Shown in pieces: positions 1 through 12,886 of a stretch of DNA of 64,000 nt (the stretch's first letter is position 1; the number at the start of each line of letters is the position of its first letter). Under the pieces are notes generated by a model. The model had not been told where the DNA came from and did not search any database. It saw nothing but the letters and a program-made list of their open reading frames with translations. The position numbers and the translations under genes were made by a program. Origin of the DNA: Octopus vulgaris (taxonomy: Eukaryota); contig OX597822.1 in assembly GCA_951406725.2 (NCBI GenBank), positions 68,386,001 to 68,450,000 on the forward strand, given 5' to 3'.

Positions 1-250
1 TACACGGCACATACACATACACACACGCACGCACGCACGCACGCACGCACACATACACACACACACACGATTGCAATAACACGTACACACATTCCTATAG
101 ACATAATCACACGCAATCCCATGGCACATGCACACAAATTCATTTAATCTTAATCTTAATCTCACACACATGTATAGTCGTACACACTCTCACAATCACA
201 CACAAAGAATCTAATACACATACTACCATAAATACACACAAAATTATACA

Positions 251-327
<77 letters not shown>

Positions 328-518
328 TACATACATACATACATATATACATACATACATACATACATACATATACACATACATACATCGTCAGATTCAC
401 ACATACACGTGCGCACACATACACACGCATACGATCACTGACACACACATGCACACGCATCTACGCACGCAAATACGCGCGCAACGTAGCGAGTTTGTAG
501 CAAGCTTCAATAGTTTCT

Positions 519-548
519 AGCAGCAGCAGCAGCAGCAGCAGTAGCAGC

Positions 549-630
<82 letters not shown>

Positions 631-641
631 GTAGTAGTAGT

Positions 642-714
<73 letters not shown>

Positions 715-715
715 A
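519..715. repeat. Compound (AGC)n/(AGT)n microsatellite
   Basis: Directly visible trinucleotide runs; explains the poly-Leu ORF 461..799. Confidence 0.95.
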
Positions 716-825
716 TTGTAGTTGTTGTTCACAGAAAACAAGTACAGAAAAGAGGAAAAAAGAGTGAATATCTGAGTTTAAATGAGAAACTCTGTACAAA
801 ATGTTATTCTAATTACTAAACTCCT

Positions 826-1009
826 TCGCTTGCTTCAGTCATTTGATTGCGGCCATGCTGGAGCACTGCCATTTAGTCGAGCAAATTGACCCCAGGACTT
901 ATTCTGTAAGCCTAGTACTTATTTTATCGGTCTCTTTTGCCGAACCGCTAAGTTACGGGGACGTTGTCAAGCGATGTTTGGAGGACAAAGACAGACACGC
1001 AAACACACA

Positions 1010-1070
<61 letters not shown>

Positions 1071-1242
1071 CATATATACGACGGGCTTCTTTAGGTTTCC
1101 GTCTACCAAATCCACTCACAAGGCTTTGTTCGGCCCGAGACTATAGTAGAAGGCACCTGCCCGAGATGCCACGCAGTGGAACTGAACCCGGAACCCTGTG
1201 GTTGATAAGCAAGTTACTTAACACACAGCCACTCCTGTGCCT
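826..1242 (-). mobile_element. tRNA-derived SINE family A, near full-length, with internal (TA)n
   Basis: Reverse complement of the family A consensus at 3069-3490: head GGCACAGGAGTGGCTGTGTG, body, internal microsatellite, tail ...GCTCCAGCATGGCCGCA. Confidence 0.85.
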
Positions 1243-1289
1243 TTTGGAATAGTTTGAATATTGAATCTTTTATAGCTTGCTTTTCTCAC

Positions 1290-1323
<34 letters not shown>

Positions 1324-1595
1324 GCTTTTATCATTGTTGTTGTTATAGTTGTTGCTTTTGTCGCTGTTCTCTTTGATGCCTTCATTGTCTTATGGATGAT
1401 AATGTAATTATTATCGACGTTATTGCTGCTGGTGGCGAACTGGCAGAGCCGTTAACGCACCGGACATTGGTACTTATTCTATCGTTACATTTTGCCGAAC
1501 CGCTACGTTACAGAGACGTAAACTCACCCACATCGGTTGTCAAGCGATGGTTTATAACAAAACATATGCAAACACACATGCACACACACACACAC

Positions 1596-1691
<96 letters not shown>

Positions 1692-1700
1692 TTACATTTT

Positions 1701-2032
1701 GTGAAGGCGCATGGCTCAGTGGTTAGAGCGTCGAGCTTACGATCGTGAGGTTGTGAGCTCGAATCCCGGACCGGGCTGCGTGTTGTGTTCTTGAGCAAGG
1801 CACTTTATTTCACGTTGTTCCAGTTCACTCAGCTGTAGAAATGAGTTGCGACATCACTGGTGCCAAGCTGTATCGACCTTTGTCTTTCCCTTGGATAACA
1901 CTGGTGGCGTGGAGAGGGGAGGCTGGTATGCATGGGCGACTGCTGGTCTTCCATAAACAACCTTGCCCGGACTTGTGACTAGGAGGGTAACTTTCTAGGT
2001 GCAATCCCATGGTCATTCATGACCGAAGGGGG

Positions 2033-2038
<6 letters not shown>
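1701..2038 (+). mobile_element. tRNA-derived SINE family C (CORE-like body, tail 4)
   Basis: A box TGGCTCAGTGG, B-box-like GCTCGAATCCC, CORE-like TTGTGTTCTTGAGCAAGGCACTT. Highly similar copy at 16940-17280. Confidence 0.85.
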
Positions 2039-2068
<30 letters not shown>

Positions 2069-2069
<1 letters not shown>

Positions 2070-2275
2070 GGATATAATTTAGAGAAAACACTCTGTTAAA
2101 CAATTCAATAATGAAAGATGTAATTCACACCATAAAGAAAACATATTATTTATTGTTTTTGCACTTTATTAATTTTTAGAATAAGGTTTTTTTTATGGTA
2201 TATGTTTTCTGTGGTGTGAATAACATCTTTCATTATTGAATTGTTTAATAGAGGTATTTCTCTAACTTATATACA
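2069..2275. repeat. Imperfect inverted repeat (~75-bp arms)
   Basis: 2069-2145 (AAACAATTCAATAATGAAAGATGT..TTCACACCA) is the reverse complement of 2200-2275. Confidence 0.8.
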
Positions 2276-2431
2276 TATATTATATATTGTGAAATTTGAG
2301 TTAGAATTGCTAAATTGAATTTTTCCCTGTAAGTTTGGAATTATATTTTCCTACTACTACTACTTCTACTACTACTATTATCACTATTGTTACTACTACT
2401 ACTACTACTATTATTATTATTGTTGTTGTTG

Positions 2432-2488
<57 letters not shown>

Positions 2489-2499
2489 ATATATATATC

Positions 2500-2662
2500 C
2501 GACGGGCTTCTTTCAGTTTCCGCCTACCAGATCCGCTCATAGGGCGTTGGTCGACCCGAGGCTATAGTAGAAGACACTTTCTCAAGATGTCACACAGCGG
2601 GACTGAACCGGAGTCATGTGGTTGGGAAGCAAGATTCTCACCTCAAGCCACGCCTGCGCCTC
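2500..2662 (-). mobile_element. SINE family A, 5' half
   Basis: Matches the reverse complement of the family A head and body. Confidence 0.8.
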
Positions 2663-3068
2663 TTGTTCCTTTCTTATCGCTGTTGTTATTGTTGTTGCTG
2701 TTGTCTTTCTTCTTGTTATTCTTATCATTGCTGTTGTTGTTATGCATACTGTTCAATTGTATTTGTTATTGTTGCTATTTCGGTTTTGTCGGTTGCTAAT
2801 GTCTTCTTAAAAACGTTGATGTTCGTTTTTCTATAATTAATATTTGTTTAGAAACTTTTCAATCAATACTGTTGAAGGCCAATCAAACACCTTTTCTCTT
2901 TGCTTTCTTTTTATAGTCTCTCTATTTTTGTTATTTCTTTTATTTTTTATTATTTTATTTATTTATTTTTTCTATCGGGTTTCCTCTTTCTGGCACACTA
3001 AAGAAATTTTGAAAGAGAAAGCAGTAGCTGTACCGAAAGAGATGATAAAAAAAGAAAATATTATAATC

Positions 3069-3232
3069 AGGCGCAGGAGTGGCTGTATGGTAAGTAGCTT
3101 GCTTACCAACCTCATAGTTCTGTGTTCAGTCCCACTGCGTGACACCTTGGGCAAGAGTTTTCTACTATAGCCTCGGGCCGACCAAAGCCTTGTAGGTGGG
3201 TTTGGTAGACGAAAACTGAAAGAAGCCCGTCG

Positions 3233-3290
<58 letters not shown>

Positions 3291-3490
3291 TCTGTGTTTG
3301 CCCCCTCCCCCAGCATCGCTTGACAACCGATGCTGGTGTGTTTACGTCCCCGTAACTTAACAGTTCGGCAAAAGAGACAGATAGAATAAGTACTAGGCTT
3401 CCAAAGAATAAGTCCTGGGGTCGATTTCGTCGACTAAAGGCGGTGCTCCAGCATGGCCACAGTCAAATGACTGAAACAAGTAAAAAGAAA
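3069..3490 (+). mobile_element. tRNA-derived SINE family A, full-length reference copy
   Basis: A box TGGCTGTATGG, B box GTTCAGTCCC, CORE-like CCTTGGGCAAG, internal (TA)(TG) tract, 3' tail GGCGGTGCTCCAGCATGGCCACAGTCAAATGACTGAAACAAG. About 20 further copies or fragments in the window. Confidence 0.9.
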
Positions 3491-3667
3491 AATATAGGGG
3501 GATTATATAATTAGAAGGATGAACTAGTGGTAGAGTGTGATTGATCTTGGTCGAAATGTTCTCTTCTCTTATGTGTAGGTTTGAGTGTTTATATCAAGGT
3601 ATGACAACGTTGTACTGCTCAGAACTGTCCTCTTGTCTTGTGAAGGTGTGTGTCCTTATGGTTAGAG

Positions 3668-3890
3668 CAGGGGTCACCAGACTAAGGCCCGCGAGGTTAG
3701 TTCATCCGGCATGCCGCTGCTCTGTGCCTTTTGCGTAAGTACCTGCATTTGCCTCTGGTATGGCGCCAGTGTTTGGAACAGTTATGTCTGTGACAAACAT
3801 TTTCAAAAATGAAGTATGTGAAGTCAGGATATCGAACGACGTTGACTGATGAACATTTGAAAGCAATTCTAAAGCAAATATCGATTATAT
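3668..3890 (+). mobile_element. hAT/Charlie-like DNA transposon relic
   Basis: TIR-like CAGGGGTCACCAGACTAAGGCCCGCG at 3668. Frameshifted C-terminal peptide 'VFGT..YVC..TFSKMKYVKSGYRTTLTDEHLKAIL' at ~3769-3870 matches the Charlie/SPIN dimerisation region. Confidence 0.65.
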
Positions 3891-3909
3891 CTTAAAAGCT
3901 AAACAATAT

Positions 3910-4075
3910 AGTCGCAAGAGCGGTTGGGTAGTAAGTAGCTTGCTTCCAAAACACATGGTTCCGGGTTCAGTCCCACTGTGTGGCACCTTGGCCAAGTGTC
4001 TTTTGCTATAGCCTGGGGCCGACCAAAGCCTTGTGAGTGGATTTGGTAAACGGAAACTGAATGAAGCCCGTCGTA
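3910..4075 (+). mobile_element. SINE family A, 5' half
   Basis: Similarity to 3069-3235. Confidence 0.8.
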
Positions 4076-4689
4076 TATGTATAAAATGTTGTGATATATA
4101 TAAAATGTCATATATATATAAAATGTTGTGATCTCAGCCACTTGTACAGCATGGAAACCGCGTAACCGGCCCCATGAGCTCTAGGACTCGAGACAATAAT
4201 GATGGTGGTGAGTAATAACATGTTAATTTAAGGTAGTGTTGATTCCTTGGGATTACCTTCCATTCTCATTTGGAGTCGGTTACAATTACTGCTAGGCGTT
4301 TGTTGACCTTCTCTCGAAGCGAAGAGAAATTCAATTAATAACTGCAAAAATTGATCTTTTATGATATTTAATACACCTTTCTTCGTCTCTGTTCCCTGCT
4401 TTCGTCGACTAGCTGCTGTAATGTGTAATCTTAGCTAATTGTTGTTGTTAGTTCAGGTTTTCATTTGTTGTACTTGTTTGCTATACAGTTTAGAGCAGAC
4501 ACGAGGTTTAAACGCTGCTGTCGATATAAATTGTTTTTCCCTCTTCCTCGGTATTAGACACTTATAATAACATTTACCCCATACCACTTGACAACGGTGT
4601 TCGTTTGTTTACGTCCCCGTAAATTATAGGTTCGGCGAAAAAATACAAACTGTATGGAAGCCTGTCAAAATTTTGGAGGAGGGAGCTAT

Positions 4690-5260
4690 TCGATTAGAAC
4701 AACCCTAGTACGCAACTGGTACTTAATTTAAGGACACCGAAAGGATGAAAGGCATAGTCGACCTCGGCGGAATTTGAACTCAGAAAAGACAGACAAAATA
4801 CCGCTCAGCTTTTGCCCGGCGTGCTAACGTTTCTTCTTTCTTTATTGCCCACAAGGGGTTAAACATAGAGGGGACAAACAAGGACAGACAAAGAGATTAA
4901 GTCGATTACATCGACCCCATTGCGTAACTGCGTAACTGGTACTTAATTTATCGACCCCGAAAGGCTGAAAGGCAAAGTCGACCTCGGCGGAATTTGAACT
5001 CAGAACGTAGCGGCAGACGAAATACCTATTTCTTTACTACACACAAGGGGGTAAACACAGAGGGGACAAACAAGGACAAACATACGGATTAAGTCGATTA
5101 CATTGACCCCAGTGCGTAACTGGTACTTAATTTATCGACCTCGAAAGGATGAAAGGCAAAGTCGACCTCGGCGGAATTCGAACTCAGAATGTAACGGCAG
5201 ACGAAATACCGTTAAGCATTTCGCCCGGCGTGCTAACGTTTCTCCCAGCTTACTGCCTTT
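4690..5260 (-). mobile_element. SINE family D (Meta-domain-like) with tandemly repeated body
   Basis: Three copies of GAAAGG(A/C)TGAAAGGCA(A/T)AGTCGACCTCGGCGGAATT(T/C)GAACTCAGAA; reverse complement of 11879-12297. Confidence 0.8.
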
Positions 5261-5536
5261 GGCTAAGTTTCTATGTTTACAATGAGAAATGCAAAAGCAA
5301 AGCGGTTTAATTTTCCTCACCTCTTCCTATTCCTCCTATCACCTTTCTCATATTTCTCCTCCTTCTCCTTCTTATTCCTCCTCCCACCTCCTCTAATTCT
5401 TCTTCTCAACTTGTATGCTTCCAAATCGTTTAAGAAAACTCAACATAAAATACAATATTCACTGGAAACAGTTTGCAATTCTATCGGCAAGCATTAAAAT
5501 CCGTTTTCGTTTACAGAAAGTGTGGAATAAAAGCCA

Positions 5537-5661
5537 ATACATACATACATACATACATACATACATACATACATACATACATACATACATACATACATAC
5601 ATAGATGCATGCATGCATACATACATACATACATACATACATACATACATACATACATACA

Positions 5662-5693
<32 letters not shown>

Positions 5694-5736
5694 CATTTAT
5701 ATAGAGATGTATATGTGTATGCATGCAAATATATGT

Positions 5737-5782
<46 letters not shown>

Positions 5783-6140
5783 GTGTGTGTGGATGTACTT
5801 GTTTGTGTATGTATGTTTGTATATGTGTATGCGTGTATATGTGTGAATGTATGTATGCGGTAAGGTGCAGGGATACATACACATGAATTTGTACATAAAC
5901 ACATACATACGCTACATACAAGACAAGCGCATAAACATACACAGAGACATAACCAATTGATACATTCCGTTACACGTACATACACACCCGTATATTACGA
6001 CATGCCACAATACGCACGCACACACACACACATAACCAATTCACACATTCCTTTACATGTATATTTACACATGTACAACATGACATCACACATACATACA
6101 CACATACATTCTCTTACACACAGACACACACACACACACA

Positions 6141-6199
<59 letters not shown>

Positions 6200-6417
6200 A
6201 CACACACGCATACATGCATACACACATACACATATTACCGTTCATACATTTATCTGCATGTATAGACACACATGTATAGCACAAGCCACACACACACACA
6301 TACACACATTCACACGTACACGCACACACGCGTAGACACATACACACGCTCTCCCTCTCTCACACACTCACTCTCTCTCTCTCTCTCTTTCACACACAAA
6401 CACTCACACACACTCTA

Positions 6418-6485
<68 letters not shown>

Positions 6486-6634
6486 CCACATACACACGGA
6501 CAAGTATTACCGTCCATACATTCCTCTGCACGTATAGACACATTATAACACGACATGCCACACGCGCACGCACATACACACACATACACGCGCACACACG
6601 TATACACACACACGCTCTCTCACACACACACACA

Positions 6635-6670
<36 letters not shown>

Positions 6671-6985
6671 TACACTATCTCTGTCTCTCTCTGTCACACA
6701 CACACACACACACATACACACACACACATACATACACACGGATAAATATTACCGTTCGTACATTCCCTCCGCACGTAAAGACACACGTAAAGACACGACA
6801 TGCCACAGGCAAACACATACACACACATACACACATACACACATACACGCACACACACACACACACATACACACACACATACACACATACACGCACACAC
6901 ACGTACACACACACACATACACGCACACATACACGCATACACGCACACACACGTAGACACACATACACACACATACACACACTCT

Positions 6986-7018
<33 letters not shown>

Positions 7019-7070
7019 ACGCACACAAACACTCACGCACATATATATATATATATATATATATACAGAC
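5537..7070. repeat. Microsatellite mosaic (TACA, TA, CA, CT) with a ~250-270-bp higher-order unit
   Basis: Recurrent anchors ATTACCGT (~6234, 6506, 6748) and CATGCCACA (~6001, 6554, 6799). Confidence 0.8.
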
Positions 7071-7491
7071 ATTCTCTGTGTATTCGTGATAGCAAAATAT
7101 TAGCTCCATTCGGTTAAATAAATTTGTTTTCGACAGAGCAATGTTTGCATTCTTGTAGAGAGTTTGGCATGAATGTGTATTTCCAGGAAAAAGCTTTATT
7201 CTAACTAAATGCTCTTCAGCATCACCAATTTCGCGTTACATTACGATTGGAATATTTGAACTTAGTATCTGCCAAGTGAATTTGCCACACTCGTAATTCC
7301 AACTGTGGTCACAGAGTCACGTTTTGGCTTCTGTTGTTGTTGTTGTTTTTTACTTTTTTTTTTTTACTTTTAATGGCAAAAGCTATATTTTGTTTTGGTT
7401 ACTTTTTTTTTCATTTCACTTCATCTTGAAAATGAAAATAAAAAAATAAAAAGAGGGAAGGGTTTCTACAAGAGAAAAGATATTCTTTCAC

Positions 7492-7584
7492 TTTTATTAT
7501 TATTATTATCATTATTATTATTATCATTATTATTATTATTATCATTATTATTATTATTATTATTATTATCATCATCATTATCAT

Positions 7585-7659
<75 letters not shown>

Positions 7660-7663
7660 TAGT

Positions 7664-7731
<68 letters not shown>

Positions 7732-7759
7732 CAGCAGCAGTAGTAGTAGTAGTAGTAGT

Positions 7760-7833
<74 letters not shown>

Positions 7834-7837
7834 CAGT
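7492..7837. repeat. (TTA/TCA)n followed by (AGT/AGC)n microsatellites
   Basis: Directly visible. Confidence 0.95.
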
Positions 7838-7974
7838 ATTCAGCTTTGTGTGAGTTTCGGAGAGTTATTGTTTATCTCGTTGTTTTTCTTGAGATTTTTC
7901 AGTTAGTTGTATATGCGTGCATATATGTGTTTGTGTGTGTGTTTGTGTGTGTGTGTGTGCGTATAAATCACAGT

Positions 7975-9199
7975 ATATGTGTGTATAATGATTAACGCAT
8001 ACATTTCCACAATTCTCAACCGATTTTCACCGAACTTTACTCACACACATTATCTATGGCCCCAGGATTGTCATGCACTAATAACATTTTGCCCAGAGCT
8101 CCCGCGTAAAATGGACAAACCTGGAAAATCGGTGGTTTACACGGGCTTTTCTCTAATTCGTTGTATGTACATAGGTTTTTGCATGTAGGGTCTTCCATAC
8201 ATTTTTAATCTATATGGTCGTATATTGGCATTAGAGAATATTTTTTAGTGGTTTTCACATTTTTTTTTATTTATTATTTATTTATATTTTGTAATTGTGT
8301 ATTATGACTTGGTTAGAGAATATTATAAAAGTGAAATGATTTTGTCTATTTATTTCGACTGTCCACCTGCGACAGTTATTAGATTAACTAAGAACACTGT
8401 ACGCGATGAATATCCAATACCAAATAATCTTAATCGCCATATTTAAACTGCATTAAATTTTGCCAAGCTTACCTTTACCTATTTTGAATTACCTGAAAGG
8501 TGATGTTCCCTTCCCTCTTTTCTATTTGTCGATACCTTTGTTTACCTACCAATGCGTTGTTTCACTTTCAGGAAGCTTATTTACCCATCCATTATGATAT
8601 TTCGAACTCGACATCTTTTCAGTGCGAACTGCTACAGATTCAAAGCAGTATTCGTGAACTGAAGTCAAACTCTTCATGTCTTCATTTTTCGTTACCTGAA
8701 GTCAATTTCAGAGTGATCGTACGCAGCAAATACATTCTTTTAACGCTACTTTTTCAAATAGATATTATATTGCCATTTTTGAACATACCACTCATACTTC
8801 TCTCCGAAAAAATAGCTTCCTTTGCTGTTGAATAAAATAAATTCGCAGAGAGGAAGTTTAAACGTCTTCCTTCAATTTTCTTACAACATTTATGTGGCTG
8901 TTTCTGACAAGAAATTTCCCTTTCATGTAAAACAACTGTTTTGTAGTCATTATCCTTAATCTACTCCCAAAACGCTTCAGGGTCTCTATTTTGCATCGCT
9001 TGCAAACTTATATGTTCTATGATCATTAAAGAGCAATGACTTCCATAATAACCAGCCTTCAATTTGGTTTTCTGTTCCTAGGTTAATTGAAAACATAGAT
9101 TGCCGTGTTACTCATAAACCTTCTCGGTAGTACAATTATTTGGTGACAAAAATACCATCAAAGCAACTTAAACAGTCCAAAGGACGGGTGCGCTTGCTA

Positions 9200-9200
<1 letters not shown>
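7975..9200 (+). mobile_element. Putative non-autonomous Helitron-like element
   Basis: Ends with hairpin GTCC-AAA-GGAC (9175-9185), then CTAG (9197-9200) and T. The 5' region has CAACCGATTTTCACCGAACTTT, reminiscent of invertebrate HelitronN heads. The 5' boundary is uncertain. Confidence 0.45.
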
Positions 9201-9250
<50 letters not shown>

Positions 9251-9299
9251 TCTTCTCTCAGGAATTAATCTTCTCTCTTCGCTCTTATACGCCATTTGG

Positions 9300-9605
9300 T
9301 CTCAACTCTCCCCCTCTCCCCCTCCTCACCTATCCTTCCCCCCGACCCCTACTTCTTCAGTCCTTCATCCTTTCACCCCTACTCCCCTTCCCTTCTTCCC
9401 TCTTTCTCCCTCCCTCCTTCCCTCTTCCCTCTGCTCCCACACTCCCCTTCTCTCTCCCCCTCCCCCTCTTTCCTCCTTCCTCCCCCTCCTCCTCCCCTTC
9501 CTTCTCCCCATCCTCCCCCCCTCCTCTCCTCTTCCCCCTCTCCTCCCCCTCTTCTTCCCCTCCCCTTCTCTCCCCCCCTCTTCTCCCCCTCCCCCTCTTC
9601 TCCTC
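9300..9605. repeat. C-rich polypyrimidine tract
   Basis: Almost purely C/T over ~300 bp. Confidence 0.9.
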
Positions 9606-9649
9606 ACTACACCACACGACTTTACACATCACATCATATATGATGTGCC

Positions 9650-9862
9650 ATACTAATACATACACCAACTAATACATACTAATACATACTAATACATACT
9701 AATACATACACCAACCCTATACATACACACGTCCAGACCCCTCATACGCACTTATACTCTCTCATACACACACACACACACTTATACATACTAATACGTA
9801 CTAATACATACTAATACATATTAATACATACACCAACCCCATACATACGCCTGTCCAGACCT
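9650..9862. repeat. TACTAATACA 10-mer array inside a ~120-bp tandem duplication
   Basis: CATACACCAACCC...GTCCAGACC occurs twice, each time preceded by TACTAATACA repeats. Confidence 0.8.
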
Positions 9863-10036
9863 ATCCTAGGGTCATTCAACCCTATTATCAACCCTATTAT
9901 CTCCCCTTATTTCGCTCTCGCGTCTCATGTTTGATCTTTGACCTCTGGCCGAAATCAGATCGCCATGTTGATTCGTTAGTTACTGCACGCATTTTTTTTC
10001 TCTCCTTCTTTCTGTGTTTTTTTTTCTCTCTGTGTA

Positions 10037-10074
10037 TCTTTCTGTTGAAGAGCGTAGGCTCGAAACGTTAAAGA
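10037..10074 (+). ncRNA. Variant minimal hammerhead-like motif (short stem II family)
   Basis: UCUUU-CUGUUGA-A-GAGC GUAG GCUC-GAAAC-GUU-AAAGA. Stem I and stem II are perfect; core has A6->U. Lies in cassette 9940-10171, homologous to 20008-20200. Confidence 0.5.
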
Positions 10075-10170
10075 CTTGTTTTATTTATATTTCCTGAGCG
10101 CCATACTAATACAATTGTTTGTTTGTTTTCCACCTGCCTTCGTCTTTTGTCTATTTTCATAAAGCTTCCC

Positions 10171-10214
<44 letters not shown>

Positions 10215-10298
10215 AAGGGTAAAATTAAAATAAAATTAAAATGAATTGGATAGGTATGTTCAATTTTTCCAGTACTCTCAAATTTAATATCAGGGAAT

Positions 10299-10381
10299 CT
10301 TGTGCTGAGGAGGAAAATGTTTGGGTGAAGTATGATTTTTACATTCTTCATACCGATCTAATTCCGAAACGCGTCCACAGG
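10299..10381 (+). ncRNA. Type-I hammerhead ribozyme motif, canonical core
   Basis: Stem I CUUGUG/CACAGG; CUGAGGA (10305-10311); long stem II GGAA...UUCC; GAAAC (10366-10370); palindromic stem III ACGCGU; GUC site (10373-10375). Confidence 0.75.
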
Positions 10382-10571
10382 TGATCAAATACCGAGTGAA
10401 TTTCGTGATCTTTCCTGTCTGCGTGGGTTATTTCGAGTATTTTGTTTTGTCCGGGAGTCTATTCTTATAGTAGAAGAAATAGCTAAGGTTCTTTGGCTGC
10501 TATTTCTAAATTTCGGTAAGTGGTAAAGCAAATCTTTGCAGAACCCTAATTATAAGTATACTCGTAATTAT

Positions 10572-10641
<70 letters not shown>

Positions 10642-10835
10642 TATACACACACATATATACAGCGTACATGTATGTATGTATGTATGCATGTATATACATA
10701 TATATATATAAAGGAATACAAAAATGGGACAAGAAAAATCATGGACGGGTCATTCGAAATTTTCTTTCCTCAGTCAAGTTCCAGATTATCTTTGCAATTT
10801 CGGCTGGTTATACTCGACATATACATATATATATG

Positions 10836-10908
<73 letters not shown>

Positions 10909-11072
10909 AAATATATATAAATAGATGAGTGTATTTTTACCTTGTTAACAATTAACATGGAAAAAATAAATAAATAGTTACCAGGGCAGCAAAAATCTCA
11001 CAAGTAAAGGTGTTGTAACTCCTTGTTTATAAAGGTAGAAACTTCGTGTTCACGTTGAATATTTTGAATAAT

Positions 11073-11500
11073 ATGAATTTAAAAAATGGAGTTAACGCAG
11101 GTGTAATCAAATATTTTTACTTTCGACACATGTTTCGAAAATTCCACTGATACTATTCAAAAGAATAAATGGTATAAACAATGCAATCTTCTCCTTTAAT
11201 TTCCTTTATATTTAACTTTCACTATTAATATCCCTACTGTTTCTGTTAGCTACTTATGACGTTATATCATATAACGTTTTTTTAAACAATATTAATAGCG
11301 TTCTGTCTATCGCTATACAAATCCATCATTTTTTGCTAAAATGTCTTATTGACGAGTTTCGTTTTTTTCACTTTCCTGAGGAGAAGATTGCGTTGTTTAT
11401 ACCATTTATTCTTTTGAATAGTATCAGTGGCATTTTCGAAACATGTGTCAAAAGTAAAAGTTTTTGATTACACCAGCGTTAACTCCATTTTTTTATTCAT
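11073..11500. mobile_element. Inverted-repeat cassette (~120-bp arms), Penelope pLTR-like
   Basis: 11073-11195 is the reverse complement of 11379-11500; the right arm carries a hammerhead motif. Confidence 0.7.
11370..11455 (+). ncRNA. Type-I hammerhead ribozyme motif, canonical core
   Basis: ACUUUC-CUGAGGA (11376-11382), stem II GAAGAUUGC...GCAUUUUC, GAAAC-AUGU-GUC (11447-11449)-AAAAGU. The inverted arm reads GAAAGU, which gives a perfect stem I. Confidence 0.7.
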
Positions 11501-11522
11501 ATATATATATATATATATATAT

Positions 11523-11678
11523 AGGCATGGCTGTGTGATAAGAAGCTTGCTTCCCAACCATATAGTTCCGGGTTCAGTTCCGCTGCGTGGCACCTTGGGG
11601 ACGTGTTTCTACTATAGCCTCGGGCCGACCAAAGCCTTGTCAGTGGATTTGGCAGGTGGAAACTGAAAGGAGCCCGTC

Positions 11679-11682
<4 letters not shown>
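11523..11682 (+). mobile_element. SINE family A, 5' half
   Basis: Similarity to 3069-3235. Confidence 0.8.
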
Positions 11683-11715
<33 letters not shown>

Positions 11716-11878
11716 TGTATGCATGCATGCATACATGTAAGTAGGTAGATAGGTAGGTAGGTAGGTAGGTAGGTAGGTAGGTAGGTAGGTAGGTAGGTAG
11801 GTAGGTATATGGTAGGTAGGTAGGTAGGTAGGTAAGTAGGTAAGTAGGTAAGTAGGTAGGTAGGTAGGTAGGTAGGTA

Positions 11879-12297
11879 AGGTGGCGAGCTGGCAGAAATG
11901 TTAGCACGCCAGTCGAAATGCTTAGCGATATTTCGTCTGCCGTTATGTTCTGAGTTCAAATTCCGTCGAGGTCGACTTTGCCTTTCATCCTTTCGGGGTC
12001 GATAAATTAAGTACCACTTATGCACTGGGGTCGATATAATCGACTTAATCCGTTTGTCTGTCCTTGTTTGTCCTCTCTGTGTTTAGCCCCTTGTGGGTAG
12101 TAAAGAAATAGGTATTTCATCTGTCTTTACGTTCTAAGTTCAAATTCCGCCAATGTCGACTTTGCCTTTCATCCTTTCCGGGTCGATAAATTAAGTACCA
12201 GTTCCTCACTGGGGTCGATGTAATCGGCTTAATCCGTTTGTCTGTCCTTGTTTGTCCCCTCTATGTTTAGCCCCTTGTGGGCAATAAAGAAATAAGA
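11879..12297 (+). mobile_element. tRNA-derived SINE family D (Meta-domain-like), body duplicated
   Basis: Head GGTGGCGAGCTGGCAGAA, B box GTTCAAATTCC, central GACTTTGCCTTTCATCCTTTCGGGGTCGATAAATTAAGTACCA resembling the MetaSINE/Sauria-SINE domain. A ~180-bp body is repeated twice. Confidence 0.8.
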
Positions 12298-12770
12298 TAG
12301 GTCGATAGGTAGGTAGGCAGGTACGTACGTACGTACAGACATCGTGGTGGTGTTTTTAGGCGATGGGTAATGAGCGTTAGTATTTCCTTGTTAGCTTGTT
12401 AGCATGAGGTGAAGATGATCAAAACGTTTGCTGATAACATTGTTTTGCATTCACATGTAAACTAATGTTAAAAACGGATATTTATCATAACAACAAGCAC
12501 GAAAGAGTGCGATTTCTCTGTGATTATAATCTTTATTATTTCACAAATGGGAGTTCTAAAGATGTTAATTACAATTTCTAACGTGTGGTAACGTATGTAT
12601 ATAGTAAAATACCAAAGATAAGACGCTGTTCTATAAAGGAAAACAGTCGTAATTATAAAACTTTATTATTCAGTGTAGTTTATCATCCAACCAGTTAGTA
12701 GCTGCAGGAATGTTTTTTCCCCCTGCTTTCATTTCGATAAGCAAATACCGCAGCAACAGAAATAAAATTT

Positions 12771-12886
<116 letters not shown>

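Noticed and set aside
1701-1775. tRNA gene candidates at SINE heads (also 3069, 18410-18481, 20238)
   Set aside because: A and B boxes are present but the cloverleaf is imperfect and continues into SINE bodies; these are tRNA-derived heads, not tRNA genes.
140-7586. Many ORFs with poly-YI, poly-HT, poly-VC, poly-L tracts (also throughout the window)
   Set aside because: Read-throughs of TA, CA, TACA and AGT microsatellites or of SINEs; no coding signal.
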